DNA of 64,000 nt from Monocercomonoides exilis PA203 (lineage: Eukaryota; Protista; Preaxostyla). Below are positions 1 through 13,800 of the stretch, piece after piece; the first letter of the stretch is position 1, and every line of letters begins with the position of its first letter. The translations under genes and the position numbers were made by a program. The stretch is taken from the NCBI GenBank assembly GCA_001643675.2, contig LSRY02000008.1:496001-560000 (forward strand), written 5' to 3'. The notes under the pieces are model-generated. The model searched no databases. It was not told the DNA's origin and worked only from the letters and a program-made list of their open reading frames with translations.

Positions 1-1728
1 AAGGAAAGAAAGGAAAGAAATGAGAGGAAGACGAAGATGAGGAAGAAGAAGAGGAAGAAGACGAAGAAGAAGAATCAAGATGAAACACAAATAGGTTTCA
101 TATTGATTGCGAAAAGAGGATAAATTTTGCATTCTTCAATTTCGTTTTGAATTGGCTAAGAAGACGAAAAATGGGAAATTCGATCAAAATTGCTGGGTTT
201 TTTGAAGGCAAACTGCAAAAGATGGCTCGATGGATATTTTGAGGGATGAAGAAGAGAATTATATAATGGGTTCGGAGAAATTGTCTTCGGAGAAACAGAA
301 TTTGTTGGAAATGAAGAAAATGAAGAATTTGAAGGGTCTTCGAAGAGATTGATGGAAAAGTTGTTGAAGAAGAAGGAGAAAGAAGGAGAAATGAAGGTGA
401 AGGTGAAGGAGAAGAAGAGGAAGAAGAGGAAGAGGAAGAAGAAGAAAGCGATGACGATGAGGTTGCAATACATTCAGAGAGATATAAAGAAGATACACAG
501 AAGAAGAAGAAGGCTTTTCTGTTGGAAAGTCATGTTGAATACAGAAATAAAAGGAACAATTGATGAGACATTGTTCATCCATTCGGCTGTTCCATTTAAT
601 TCAACTGAACATGAAATGCTCAATCAAACAAGACAAATCGAATAATTCGATTTTTCTTTCATCAGAGCAGACAATATCATCAGAACATGAATCATTGAAT
701 TCGTCACTTCCTTCATTCAGATTGAATGCGATCCAAAAAAAGAAAAATGAATTCCTTCCATTGAAGACTGTTCATTGTTTATATGCATATTAAGAAATGG
801 CGATTTGTGCCCTATCTTTGTGTTTCTCAAGGCCAAGTTGCTCTTGCTGTTTCATTTTTTCAGTCTCGTTCTGTCTGAAAGAAAACCGCTTTTTCTGTTG
901 TATTTGTGAAATAATTCGCAGTTAAAAAAAGGTCATTTTCTGCTTCTTCTTTTGTTGTGTCTTTGTCTGATTTTCAAAATGATAAAGCTTTGTTGTTGGA
1001 GTTGGCTTCTCAAATTAAACTTTTTTTGCTTATTTCCAAATTCCAAAATGTCATTTTGGGCTTGGCGAATTTTTGTTCGGTTCTTTCTTCAAATTAGTTT
1101 GTTCTGCATTTGCATCCTTTTGACACAATTGCCCTTTTCTTTTGTCCTTCTTATCTTTTTTGACTGTTAAATTCTTTCATCTTCAACAGTTCAACGAGTC
1201 ATTTTTATAAGAAAGTTAAAAAGAAGGCAAGTTGAAAACAGATCACAGAACAAAGGCATGCAAACATTTGTTCTCCTTGTCAGTCAGAATTGATGAATCC
1301 AAATGAGAATAACATTTTTTCCTCAAGAATCGTTTTATTTGCCCGTTTCTATTTTCTCACAAAAAGAATTTCATTTGCTTCTTTGAAGCGATTGCAATTC
1401 CAATCTCAGAATGCATTTGCTTCAAAATGAAAAAAGACAAAGGAAAATATCATCATAATGAATTTCTGTTGGTTTGATCAAAAAGAAACAAAAAGTTTTC
1501 TATTTTTTGCTCGTTCAGCCAAACTCTGCTGTCTCGTTGAACTTTTATTACAAAAACTGTTTTTTATAGAACAAAGCGATTTGTGTTGAAGTTGCATTTG
1601 CTTCTTGAAAGAAAATAAATGACGTTTGAATTTTTCGTTTATTTTGTTGAGAAAAGAATGAATATGAACATGTTATTCACTGGACATGATAAGCAGAAAG
1701 GATTTTCGAGCTATTGATAAGTCTATCG

Positions 1729-3148
1729 ATGAGTTCAAAAAGAAGTCATCAAATGAGCATTTTTCAGGTTTGTTCATTGTTCTGTGATTTGAAGCCCAAT
1801 TCTATTTGTTATTTTATCATTTTCGAAGAATTTCTTTGTGAGCTGGGACGTTGCGATGGGAATGCACAAAGACAGAAAATCCTTGAAATGAATGAAATAA
1901 TTGATGAAATGGAGGAAGAAGAATTTGAATCTGTCTTCACAAAAGAAATGTTCGATGAAATGGACGAAATGATTAAAGAAGAGAAACTTTCGACGAGAAA
2001 TGTGATTTTTCTGTTGAAGCAAATCGGGCATTGCTATGAGCTGAAAAATATGTATAATGATGGCTTTGAAAAATCTTTGTTGTGCCAAAGATTTGAGAAA
2101 ATGATTATAAATGAAAATGAAAAGATAAAAGATAAGGATGAAAAGCTGCTGGCTGATCTTTGTAAAAGTTATGCTTGTATAAGTACCTTCTTCTCAAAGG
2201 AATTGATTTCAATCTGTGTACCGTGCCTTCTGAAAGCTGAATCGAGCAAGAAGAGAAACAAGGAAACCCAAAAGGAAATAGAAATGGAATTGTTTGCTAT
2301 ATGTCACATTGGGAAATGTTTTGTATGATTTTTCTTTTCTCTCTTTGTTGAATTGATTTTGCTTTTTTTTATCTATTTTTTTTGATAAGATATTGGATTA
2401 TGAACTGTATCGTTATAAGATCAAAGAGATTATCCTTTATCATCAAAAACACAACAATCTGACTCGACTTGCCTGTCAGTCGGCTTGGAAGTTTTTGATG
2501 AACGGATTACCATACTACGATTGCTTTGAAGGAGTAATTGTGAATGAACTGCATTTTGCAAGAGAAGCAGCAAGAAAATTAGAAGAGCTGATGAAAAGTG
2601 TGAATAGGAAGAGAAAAGAAGAAGAAAGAGGAAGAGAAACGAAAGAAGAGCTTGTTTTATTGAGATGGCTTAAAACCTTGGAACGTTATTTTCTCTCTTG
2701 CACAATGTGGAATGAAGAATTTGTCGGACTTTTAAACAGTATTGTTCGGGTATTTCTGGCAGCTAAGGATAATTACAGAGAAGTGAACTTTCAATGCATT
2801 CATTTATTGAAAGAAATAGCAGATAATAAAGCGATAGAAATTGACGTCTTATTGAAAGGAGGAGCTGTTAATGCAGTTTTGGAGAAGATGCAGCTACAAA
2901 CATTGAATAAATATGAAACATATCAATTCTTGTTATTTTTTATTGAGCTTTCAATTCGATTGAAAATAAAGAAGGATGAAGTGAAAGAGGAGGAAAGGAA
3001 AGAGATGAAAATGAAAATGTTTGAAAAGATGGAAGAAGAAGGATACGAAGATATCGTAACAAGCTTTTATGGAATATCTCAATATATTAACATTTATTTT
3101 CATCCTCAAATATCGTTGGATATTTCAGACTATTTTGTGAATGTTTAA
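1729..3148 (+). CDS. Lineage-specific alpha-helical (ARM/HEAT-like) hypothetical protein, at least 2 exons; intron 2323-2389
   Basis: ORFs 1714-2328 and 2393-3148 join in phase 0 across a GTATGA...TAAG intron (67 nt), giving ...GKCF|ILDYELY.... The sequence is Glu/Lys/Leu-rich and helical. The start codon is uncertain. Confidence 0.7.
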
Positions 3149-6100
3149 GGACAAAGAATGTGTTGAATTTTGAAACTCAAAAGTTGTTCTATTTTCTTTT
3201 CTCATCATTTCACAAAATGGAAAACATTCCTTTGAAGAGCTCTTCATGGATTTTTCAACAGAGAATTCTGCAAAATGGAATGATTCTGCCGTTGATAATT
3301 TTCTAAAAGGTTCAAATATTAACAGCATCTGAATTAAACAAGTGTGTTCCAATTTAAAAAAAAAAAGTTTACTGAAAGTGCATTAATTTATTTGATTGGT
3401 TTGTGTTGTTCAAATTCGAAAAACTATATCTTTATTTCTTTATTTCTGAATTTCAATTATTTTTTCTTGAAATGTAAATTCAACAATTATCCTGAACAGT
3501 TTTTTGACGCTTTTTTATGAAGAACAATAATTGGAATTTGATTGAGAAGAACCATATTGTCTTTGTAATTTCAATTATTTGTCAAAAATATCGATTTTTT
3601 TTTTTTTCACACAAATGCGGACTTGAAGAGAAGCACCTATGAAATCGTTGATAGAGATGTGTGTGATTATGTTCGAAATCACAACTGTTTCAAGGTGAAG
3701 ATCACTTTATCGTTTTTTATCATTGGTTTGTAAATTTTCTTGTAAATGTTTCATGCTTTTTTTTGTTGTTTCAAAAGATAACATTTGATCGAAAGAAAGA
3801 CAAATACATTGTGAATTGGAGTATTCACTTTTCAGTGATCATTCACAAACATCGGAAACAAATTTTAAAATTGAATATTTTTAAAAAAAATAAAAGAATA
3901 TCAAAAATAATTCCCATCAAGCAATTATTTGATTTATTGCCAAAATAGTTTCACATTCAAAATTGCTTCGACATTGGAAGTTTGCATTTCTTTTAGCTTC
4001 AATAGCTTTTTTTTCCACGTTTATCAATTGTAAAACATTATGTGTGTTGTTCTTTTTGAAAAGTCGCACATATTTAATTTTCTGTCTCATCAAACAGATT
4101 ATTTTTTTCATTTCAGAAGTTATTTCGCATCAATTCCATTCTTTTTTATTGCAAAAATGAAACAAATCAGACTTAATTTTAATTGTGATAATTGGTCTCT
4201 TTGTTGACTAAAAAGTGAAATATTTTTATGAAGTGCTTTTTACCGATAAAAAAGGATTGCGTCTAACAAATATAATGTAGTCTCATATCAAAAGAAAAGG
4301 GGTATTCTTCTTGAAAAGTTGCAAATATAAAAGATCTTGATTAAAAAATTGAACTATGTTTGATAATCTTTAAAGATAAAATCGTCAAACTTCAACAATT
4401 AGCAAATTTGATCAAAGAAACCAATGTGATTTGAGAATATTTTCATAGTGGAGAAATTCGATGGATTTGAACCTTAAACTTATCAAAAAAGGTTTTGTTT
4501 AATTTTTTACAAATATAATAAATTTGTTGCTTATCAAAAAGAATCACCCAAATGTGAAATTTTCAAACGTTTGGACAAAAGAAATTGAATAATATAAAAC
4601 ATGATGAGAGATGTCTATTTTGCAAAGAATCATAAAGGAACATGGAAAAAATTCGGATATCAAAAAACAATGGTGAATATAAGATATTTGTTGAATAATC
4701 TTTTGATTCAAGGATGTGGATAACAATGCATGGCTAGTTTTTTTTTAAAGAACTTCCTGTTGTTTATTTTTCTAATGATGTAAAATTTATATATTTTCAT
4801 CAAAATTCTGATTCCATTCACTTGACTTCACATTGATGGAAATTGTATTATTGTTCAGGTTTTGTATCCATTTCTGAAAAGACACGCAAGTGTGAACAGA
4901 AATTTGTTGAAAATATGAAATTCTTTCTTCTATTGAAAATTAAAACAAAAGGAAGTTTTCAAAAAAGATTAGCCAAATAAGGATATGGTAAAGATGGACA
5001 AGAGAAAGAATGAGAAGAAAGCTGAGAAAAAAATAGAAAGCAGAATTTTGGAGGAGATGTGCAAAGAACAGGAAGAATGATGATTATAAAGTGTTTAATC
5101 CAATAATGGAATGTTGTTTTTGTTTAAGGTTTTTGGAGCAGCTGAGTGTTGCAAAAGGAGTTGACGAGTGAGATGAATGATTCGATGACCAGTTTGATGG
5201 TGGAGAGTTATATTGGAGAAAGTGCTGTGAATTTGAGTTCAATAATCATATTTGTGAAAAAAAAGCTTTGAAGCTGAGGTGCATCTGACTGCATTGAGGT
5301 GAAATGCATTCTATAAAGAATATTTTATTTTTTTAAATTGCTTTTGTTTAATTTTCTAAGTGAATAAATATTTCATTTGCTGAACAAATTATTTTTCCCA
5401 CTTTCAAAACTTCACTCAAATGGAAAACCGAACTTGATAAAGCTATTATCAACACTGCAGCGAAATTTCTTGAACGAAAACAGAATTTTTTCTAACAAAA
5501 TATAAATTTTTTGTTTTCAAAAAAAAAAAAATAAAATCAAATATGCATTAAAAATGTATCATACAGTCCATTATCAATTCTGATATTTATTTGGCTGGTG
5601 CAGATAACTCTATTTGAATTCAAATTCCATTCACCATTCGAAAAAGTTTCTTTATTAGGAACAAATTCGTTGATCATATCCATTAAAATTTTTGAATATG
5701 AAAAGAAAAAGTGATACAACTTTATGCATAGCAGCTGTGAGGGCGTGTGGATTTGATTGAGGTTTTAGATACATTTATAAATACTGTTGGAGAGGGATTG
5801 AAACAGTTGTGGGTGAAACAGGATTCTGGAGGAGAAAAAATGATCGAAGCTTGAAATGAATGAGAAGATTTTTCAACAAGAATTTTCTGAGGATGAAGGA
5901 TGTGTAATGAATGAATGTGGACGTGAAAGGAGGTTTTCCTTTATTGAATTCATCAGGAGTGAGGGGCGGGGTTCTTGTTTATTACTGGAGAAATGGAATT
6001 TGATGCAGTGAGATGGGACGAGATGGAGGAAAGGAAGGAGGAAGATGGGTGGAGCGAATAGACAATGTTTTTATTGGAGGAAATGATAAAAGTTTGATGA

Positions 6101-7171
6101 AAAATGGAGATATATATGGGAGGATTTGGTTTTTATAAAATACACTGAGAGAGGAGGCACATGTGGAAGGTTAAGGGGGTTATTGTGAGAACATGTGCGG
6201 TTAGGGATGAAACTTCGGTGGAAAATTGTGTGGAAGAGAGGAAGAAGAAAGTAAGGTGAGCTTTTGAGTTTTCACATATTATTTGGAGGACTGTTAGGTT
6301 GCGCCTGGCGTTTGCAGCGCAAGGGATGGAGGCGGAGGCGGAGGAAGATGGGAAGAAGAAACATTAACGCTGACACTTTGCATTGATGAAGTGGAGGCAG
6401 ATGTGCTGCGTGGATGGAGCGAGATGAGGAGCTGACCACAAGATGGCTTCGATCACTCGATACAGAAAAATGATGGGAGCATTTATTTTTTATTGGGAGA
6501 AGAGCGAAGGGAATGGGGAGAATGAGAGTGAAGGAGAAAAGAATATTATCATTGCTTGCGGAGGAGATAATGGATGTGCGGCAGATGTGCGTTTTTGCAA
6601 TGAGGGAAAATGAAGAGAGAGAGAAAAAAAAGGTGATGCAGCAACAAGGGATGGGAAGGGGTTCTTCTGATGGAACGAACACATTTTGATATTTCGATCA
6701 AACAGAGCTTGTGGAAGTTATTCCACATGAAACAAAACCGAAGATTTGGGTTTTGGGTATTATTTTTAGGAGCAGAGGTAGAAATGAAGAGGAGACGAGA
6801 CAGATGGAATTTGCAGGCAGAAAGGGACGACATTTTGCGAAGAAGAAGAAGAAGAAAGAAGAAAGTCTGTGAAGATTATTCGCATCAAAGCCATAGGTTT
6901 GCATTTTTATTCAATGATTTTTGTCATCTTTTGTTATTTTTCATGAAATTAGGTTTTTTTTTTGCAAGAATGATGAATGGCAATGAATGAACAAGGAATG
7001 TGGAAAGAGAACATATTGGAAGCATTTGAAGAGACAAGGACATGACAAATGAAGGGGAGCATGGAGGAATGGGCTGGGTGGAATAAGAAGGAAAGGAGAA
7101 GAAGACATTCTTTTTTGAAGGTTTTTGAAGGTTTTGGAAGGCACATAAGGCGAATCTTGTCAAAAGCTGAA

Positions 7172-7176
<5 letters not shown>

Positions 7177-7217
<41 letters not shown>

Positions 7218-7290
7218 AGAAAGAGAAAGAGGGAAAAGAGGAGCTTGTTTGTGATATCTTTCTTCTTCTTCTTCTTCTTCTTCTTCTTCT
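7177..7290. repeat. (GA)17 and (TCT)10 microsatellites
   Basis: Read directly at 7177-7210 and 7261-7290. Confidence 0.9.
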
Positions 7291-7896
7291 GCAGCAGAGA
7301 CGACACAAATTGAACAGACAACTGTCTCTTTTGAAAAGACACTGGGAATGTTTTGTTATCAAGTTCATGTGCTTCGAATTCTGTCAGCATTGCACAAACA
7401 CCTGTGTCTATGCAAATGCTGTGGCCAAGTGTTGTGTGGATGCAAATGAAGAAGAAGAAGAGGTGGAAGAAGAGAGAAAGTCAGATTACATAATTCACTT
7501 TCATGCTTTATCTCCATCTCTTCCTCAACACTTTCCTTTTCTCTCTCTTCCATTTTCAACAACTTCATCAACAGCATCATCAACTTTTTCTTCTCCCTCA
7601 TACATTTTGTTCACAAATTTCTGATATATTGTTGCAATTGGCATCATCATCATTTCGGTTGTTGTATTTTTCTCATTCTTTTTCTGCGTTTTCTCTTTCT
7701 CTCTGATTATTTTTATCGGCTGTCATGAATAATATTTTGTAACCAATTTTGTGAAATATGTTATTCATATATTTGAAAAAAAAACTTAAAAAAAAAATAA
7801 TGTTGCATTCACAAATTATAAGATATTTGTGATCTTTTATTTTTCGTTTGAAAAACCTGCTGCATTTCATTATTTCCGCTCAAAAACACATAAGGA

Positions 7897-9813
7897 ATGG
7901 GAAACGAAGAGGGTTCTTTAAATCCCAACAAAGATAATGATGGAAGAACAAGGGCAATGCGTTGGATAAAAAAGAATAAAACAGAACCGCCAGAGCAAAT
8001 GAGACATGACGAAACTGTTAAAGATAAGCATGGGTGGACAATGGCCATGTGGTGGATAAGGGAAGTCAAAACAGAGCCACCTGATTGGATGAGGCATGAC
8101 GTCACACTTCGCAACAATTTAGAATCAACATTGGCGATGCTGTGGATTCAATATGTAAAGACAGAACCTCCAGCATGGATGAGACATGACGTTACTCTTT
8201 CAGGCGATTTGGATAAGCAAACAATGGCCATGCTGTGGATTCAATTTGCAAATACGAAACCACCAAAGTGGATGAGACATGATGTCACGCTTTCTAATAA
8301 GTTTGGACGAACAATGGCAATGAATTGGATTCAATTTGTGAAGACAGAACCACCAGAATGGATGAGGCACGACATTGCGCTTCGCGATAGCGGAGGAGAG
8401 ACAATGGCAATGTTATGGATTATGGAGACAAAATCTGAACCACCGGAATGGATGAGGCATGATATTACACTTCGCAACAATGATAGATCAACAATGGCCA
8501 TGCATTGGATTCAAGAAGTCAAGACAGAGCCACCAGAGTGGATGAGACACGACATAACACTTTACCATGAGTGGGGGGAAACGATGGCCATGGTTTGGAT
8601 TTTTTGGTTGAGATCTGAACCACCGGAATGGATGAGGCATGGAAATACACTTAAAGATAACAATGGATTGACAATGGCGATGAAGTGGATTCAATATGTG
8701 AAGACAGAACCACCAGAATGGATGAGACACAGCATTACACTTGCCGATGAGAAAGGAAGGACAATGGCCATAACATGGATCGTATCTATTGAAAAGGAGC
8801 CACCAGAATGGATGAGACATTGCAATTCATTGAAAGACAAGAGAGGATGGACGATGGCAGATTATTGGAAATTTTATGTGAAACCTAAATTGCCAGAATG
8901 GATGAAATGTGATGATACATTGAAAGACAAAAATGGACAAACAGCGGGAATGAGGTGGATTATTGAGAACAAGACAGAACCACCAGAACAAATGCGACAC
9001 GACAACACACTTGCGGATAAGTTTGGACGAACAATGGCCATGCACTGGATAAAAAATGTAAAGACAGAGCCACCAATGTGGATGAGGCACGACATTGCGC
9101 TTCGCGATAGCGGAGGAGAGACAATGGCAATGTTATGGATTATGGAGACAAAATCTGAACCACCGGAATGGATGAGACATGACAAGGTGCTTGCAGACAT
9201 GGATGGGTGGACAATGGCTATGATATGGATTATCTATGTTAATGCAGAGCCACCTGAATGGATGAGACACGGAGCGGAACTTCCTGATAAGGATGGAAAA
9301 ACGATGGCGATGCACTGGATCAAGCAAGTAAAAACAGAGCCACCAGAATGGATGAGACACGATGCTACACTTTCCGACAAGAACGGGAAAACGATGGCTA
9401 TGTGGTGGATTGAACGTTTGAAGTCAGAACCGCCAGATTGGATGAGACACAACAACGAAATTGTGGATAAAGAAGGATTAACAATGACAGTGTATTGGAT
9501 TCAGTTTGTTCAAACAGATCCACCAAAGTGGATGAGACATGAATCTACACTTTTTGATTATGAAGGGAAAACAGTTGCAATGCATTGGATAAAAAATATC
9601 AAAGTAGAGCCACCAGAATGGATGAGGCATAGAATTGCGCTTGCTGACAGGGATGGAAGGACAATGGCGATGCATTGGATAAAAAATGTCAAGACAGAGC
9701 CACCAGAATGGATGAGACATTTTAATTCACTCAAAGACAAAAGCGGGATGACAATGAAAGATTACTGGAAATATTACGTTGAGACTGAGCCACCGCTTTG
9801 GATGAAAGAATGA
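7897..9813 (+). CDS. 30-aa ankyrin-like tandem-repeat protein, copy A (638 aa, about 21 repeats)
   Basis: Uninterrupted ORF with consensus DxxGxTMAMxWIxxVKTEPPEWMRHxxxLx and 90-nt periodicity. DxxGxT matches the ankyrin hairpin/helix-1 start. Confidence 0.85.
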   Translation: MGNEEGSLNPNKDNDGRTRAMRWIKKNKTEPPEQMRHDETVKDKHGWTMAMWWIREVKTEPPDWMRHDVTLRNNLESTLAMLWIQYVKTEPPAWMRHDVTLSGDLDKQTMAMLWIQFANTKPPKWMRHDVTLSNKFGRTMAMNWIQFVKTEPPEWMRHDIALRDSGGETMAMLWIMETKSEPPEWMRHDITLRNNDRSTMAMHWIQEVKTEPPEWMRHDITLYHEWGETMAMVWIFWLRSEPPEWMRHGNTLKDNNGLTMAMKWIQYVKTEPPEWMRHSITLADEKGRTMAITWIVSIEKEPPEWMRHCNSLKDKRGWTMADYWKFYVKPKLPEWMKCDDTLKDKNGQTAGMRWIIENKTEPPEQMRHDNTLADKFGRTMAMHWIKNVKTEPPMWMRHDIALRDSGGETMAMLWIMETKSEPPEWMRHDKVLADMDGWTMAMIWIIYVNAEPPEWMRHGAELPDKDGKTMAMHWIKQVKTEPPEWMRHDATLSDKNGKTMAMWWIERLKSEPPDWMRHNNEIVDKEGLTMTVYWIQFVQTDPPKWMRHESTLFDYEGKTVAMHWIKNIKVEPPEWMRHRIALADRDGRTMAMHWIKNVKTEPPEWMRHFNSLKDKSGMTMKDYWKYYVETEPPLWMKE

Positions 9814-10838
9814 TTGTTTTCATTTCATATGTTTATTTTATGAAGCTGAAGATATATTGTGTTTTCATTTGTGCCAACCGGCACACAAATGCTGAGCAGC
9901 AGATTTGCGTCATTTAGATGATTTTAATGATATTTGCTGTACTTTTTTCTTTTTGCTTGGACTTTTGATTTTTCTTTTTTGTATTTTTGATGTTCTTCAA
10001 AGAATGTCTATTTCAATCCATTTCCCTCATATTCTCACTTGTTTGTATGACTCACCAAATTGTTGAAAGGATTTCTGTTAATTATTATAACTTTTAGAAA
10101 TCGAGCAATAATTATTTGACAAAATGATTTTTGCCGACTTTTATTTTTCCATTTGAAAACATCTCCATTCACTCTGTTGCTTTAAATGATATGTGTGCTT
10201 TTATTCATCCGATTCAACAGTTTTGTCAATTTATTTCAAATTTTATTTTTAATTTCATAAAGAGAATAATTTCTCTTTGTTTTTCAGAATTTTGACAACT
10301 TCGTTTTTTCATTTCAAAAGCATTTCCATTCATTTGATATTCTGATCTTTTTCTCCATCTGGAGAAGCCTTCATTAATAACTTAAATCAGATTTGTATTC
10401 TTATATCCATTTGTTTTGATTAAATTTCTTTCATGTCGAAAGCTGGAAAAGAAACTGTAGGGAAATGAAAAGGAAAAGGAAAATGATTCAATTGAAGAAT
10501 TTGAAATTCTTTACAAGTTTTTTTGTTAACTATTCATAGTTAAAAGGCAAAAGAAACAGCTTTCAAGAAAATTAAAAAGAGTTATTGAAAATAAATTTTT
10601 TCTGTTGTACATTTAAAATAAAAGGAGATTGAAATGAATAAAATAATTGATGAAAAAGACAAGGCTCGATTAAGATCCCACATGAAAATCAAAGTGTAAC
10701 TTTTTAATCTTGTTAATAAAGTATATTGTTCAGAAATAATGTTAGTTTTTGTTGTAAAAAAAAACTGAGAATGAATGGATCTAATTTTTATCTTTTGTTT
10801 CTTTTTTCCAATAGAGCCCATTTCCAATTGAAAACTGC

Positions 10839-13800
10839 TTACTGCTTTGAGCACAACAATGCAACACCTCTCAAAATCCACTTTTCTGGTGGATCTCTTG
10901 TTGACAAGTCAATCTCGAAGATGTAGTTGAGTCCCGTACGCTTCGGCACCTTGTAGCAGGGGCACACGTAGATCGTGCTGTCCTTCGAGCGGGCGGTGTT
11001 GGTAGCAGAGACCCACACGACATTCAGTGGCGAATACAGCACCTTCGGCGCAGAGTCCGTCAGCCGCATTTCGCTCGCGTCCCAAGCAGCTCCGTCCAGA
11101 AACAGCCCGTGGACGTACACCCCTTCCTCAGGCGGCGCCTTCACATCGTCCTTCGTGAGGAACTTCGTCACTTCTGTCGTGAGCGCCACTGTATCCAGAG
11201 CCCAACCATGGGCACGTGTAATCTCCTGTCGCATCGATGTCAAGAACCCTTGCGGGTTGAAAAAGCCAGTCAGCCAGAAAGTCTTCGGTCTGCCCATCTT
11301 CATCCACTCCCTCAGCTGCTTTGTTCTTGCACCCACATCGCCAAACCAGAAGCCAAGTGTGGGTGATGCCCACGACACACGCAGCCACTGCTCAGGCACT
11401 CTCGAGTCAAAGAGCGATGTCAGCGCTGTCTGCAGGTTCTGGGACATCACAATTGTACCGGCAATGGCCAGCTCCAGGTCGTGGCACGTTGCACGGATCG
11501 TCGAAATAACAACCTGCATACGATCAATCTCTTGTTTCAGGAAGATATTCAGAGGCATTGTCGAGCCGCCTTGAAGCTGGGCAATGCTTTGCCTCACTTC
11601 AGCGGGGTTGAAATCTTGAGGCAGGTTCTTCATCATGTTGTTCACAACACGCAGCACAATCTCTTCAGGTGTTTCTCCTGAGCCTGTTGCCTCTTTTGGC
11701 TGAATGGCAAGAATTGTCTCCAAAATCGTTGTTGCCTGTTGGTTTCTGTATGTAATGTTCGCATTCGGATGCATACCAAATGCAAGTGGTGAATCATAAA
11801 TTGGAATTTCCTTCTCAATGTACTCCAAATACTCAGACTGCTTGTTCAGATTCGGGATTGGATAAGCTGCTTCTCCTCCAAATCTGAACTTTGGTTGGAA
11901 CACTGCCGAGTCAAGCCACACATCACCATACGTGTTCATCAGCCTTCGATCGTGGTCATCTGTGATTCTACCACCATAATGCACCTCACATACCATATAC
12001 CTCACTGTCGACCACGAAATACCTTTCTTGGCATCCATCTGGTACAGATGCGTCTGAAGGAACGAGATAGACGCTGACAAGTCAGACTGGTTGAATTCAT
12101 ATGGCACATTCCATCCCAACGGGCCAAACCTCTTTCTCTCGACGACTGTTGTGTGCAGGAAGCACATGGCGTACAGAAGAGGCTTCCACTCTTTCTTCTC
12201 AATCACAGACAGCATCTCTTCAGATAGCCAGTTGTAATTACGAAGCATACCTGCTTTGATTCCCATTGGTGACTCGCATGCAACTTTGATAGAGAGCTGA
12301 AGAAGAGAAATGGGGAATTTGTCGACCATTTCGGTGGAGAGGAACAATCTGAAGTCTTTGTGCACGTCAGATTTCATTGTGATGATCTGCTGCTCAATCT
12401 CTTCCATAAAGGCCAGATCCAAATGGCAGTTCTGCAGCATCACCCACGCCCCGCTCTGCATAGCCTGCTGCAGCTGTCTGCGCGCAAACACATCCTGCCC
12501 TTGTCCCATAGAAGTCAGCATCATCGGAATCTTCATCTTCTTCGAAAGCGCATCCACGTTAGCTGTGGGGTCTGTACCCAGAGACAGCAGGAACAGCACT
12601 GGAATGTTCGTCTCTGTCTCCTCCCAGGTCTCCTCAAGCTCCGGATTCGGCACAGACACAAACCTCTGCCCAAGCGACTCGGCCAAATAGAGGTTTGTCG
12701 CCAGGATGGTTCTGTCCTCTCTCCAGCACCTGACAAACAGCAGCTTTCCAAATGAGTCCATTCTGTCGTATACATCGGGAATAGGCGTCGTCTCAGGCGC
12801 TTCTGAGTCATACCACTTCTTCCAGGCATCTCCGTTCTGTGTGATCTGCTCCAGAACTGCACGGCACGATGGCAGACCTGACAGCGAAACCAGGTTCAAC
12901 CACACGTTATCAGGAATCCACGCAAACGGCTTTGGTCTGGCTGTTGCAATGTCCAGCGCTGCGCCTCCTTTGATCAGCACGTTGAACTGGTCGCGTGATA
13001 TCTTCCCACTCGCCATGTCGATTTTGAGTGCCATTTGCAGTGTGTACAGAATCTTGTGGTTGGAGAACAGCCCACGAGACACATAGCGGAAGATGTGGAA
13101 CGTCGCAAAGTTGATAATGTTCTCAATCCTCTTCGAGGCAATTGGTGATTTTTCGCTTCTGTCCATTGAAATGTCAAACAGACGAAGGAAGACTGCAAGT
13201 GATGTGTTGTACATCGAGTTCACCAGAGTCATTTCACCAATCAGGAAATACAAAATTGATGCACGAGTCGCCACAGGCCTGTATTCTTCTCTAGCTTCGT
13301 TGATCTTCGCTTCAGTAATTTCTCCGATGGACAATTTCTCCGCGACTTCCTGTGCTGCTTTCTTGGTGTTTCTAAGCACTGCAATCATTTCGTCATCGTC
13401 AAGAAGATTTCCTTTTGATTCGCTCAGACGATAAAGCAGATCTCTTTCGTATTGCTGCACCATTTTCTTGTTTGCAGCCACATCGTTCAAAACCTGATGC
13501 CTCTGCTCTTCCAGCTCGCTTCTCTCCTTTTCAATGACACGCCCCAGAATCTGCTGCTCAAGCCCTTTCATTGTCACTGTGAAGTCAACCACAGACGTCT
13601 TCGCACAGACCTCAGGTGAGAAGTGAGGATTTGGCAGTTTTGTAGTCATAAACAGCTTGAAGTTCTTGTCATAGTCTACATCTTTGTCTCCAATACGCAC
13701 CGTGAACGACTTCGACCCAGCCTTCACAAACTGCTTCTCGAGAATTGAATCAAGCACAGGATCCAACTCTTCCTGAATATCCTCAATGAGAAGCGACTTT

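Noticed and set aside
7897-9813. CRISPR-like array (conserved 90-nt periodic repeat with variable inserts)
   Set aside because: The period is an exact codon multiple within long ORFs with synonymous variation. The context is eukaryotic and there are no cas genes.
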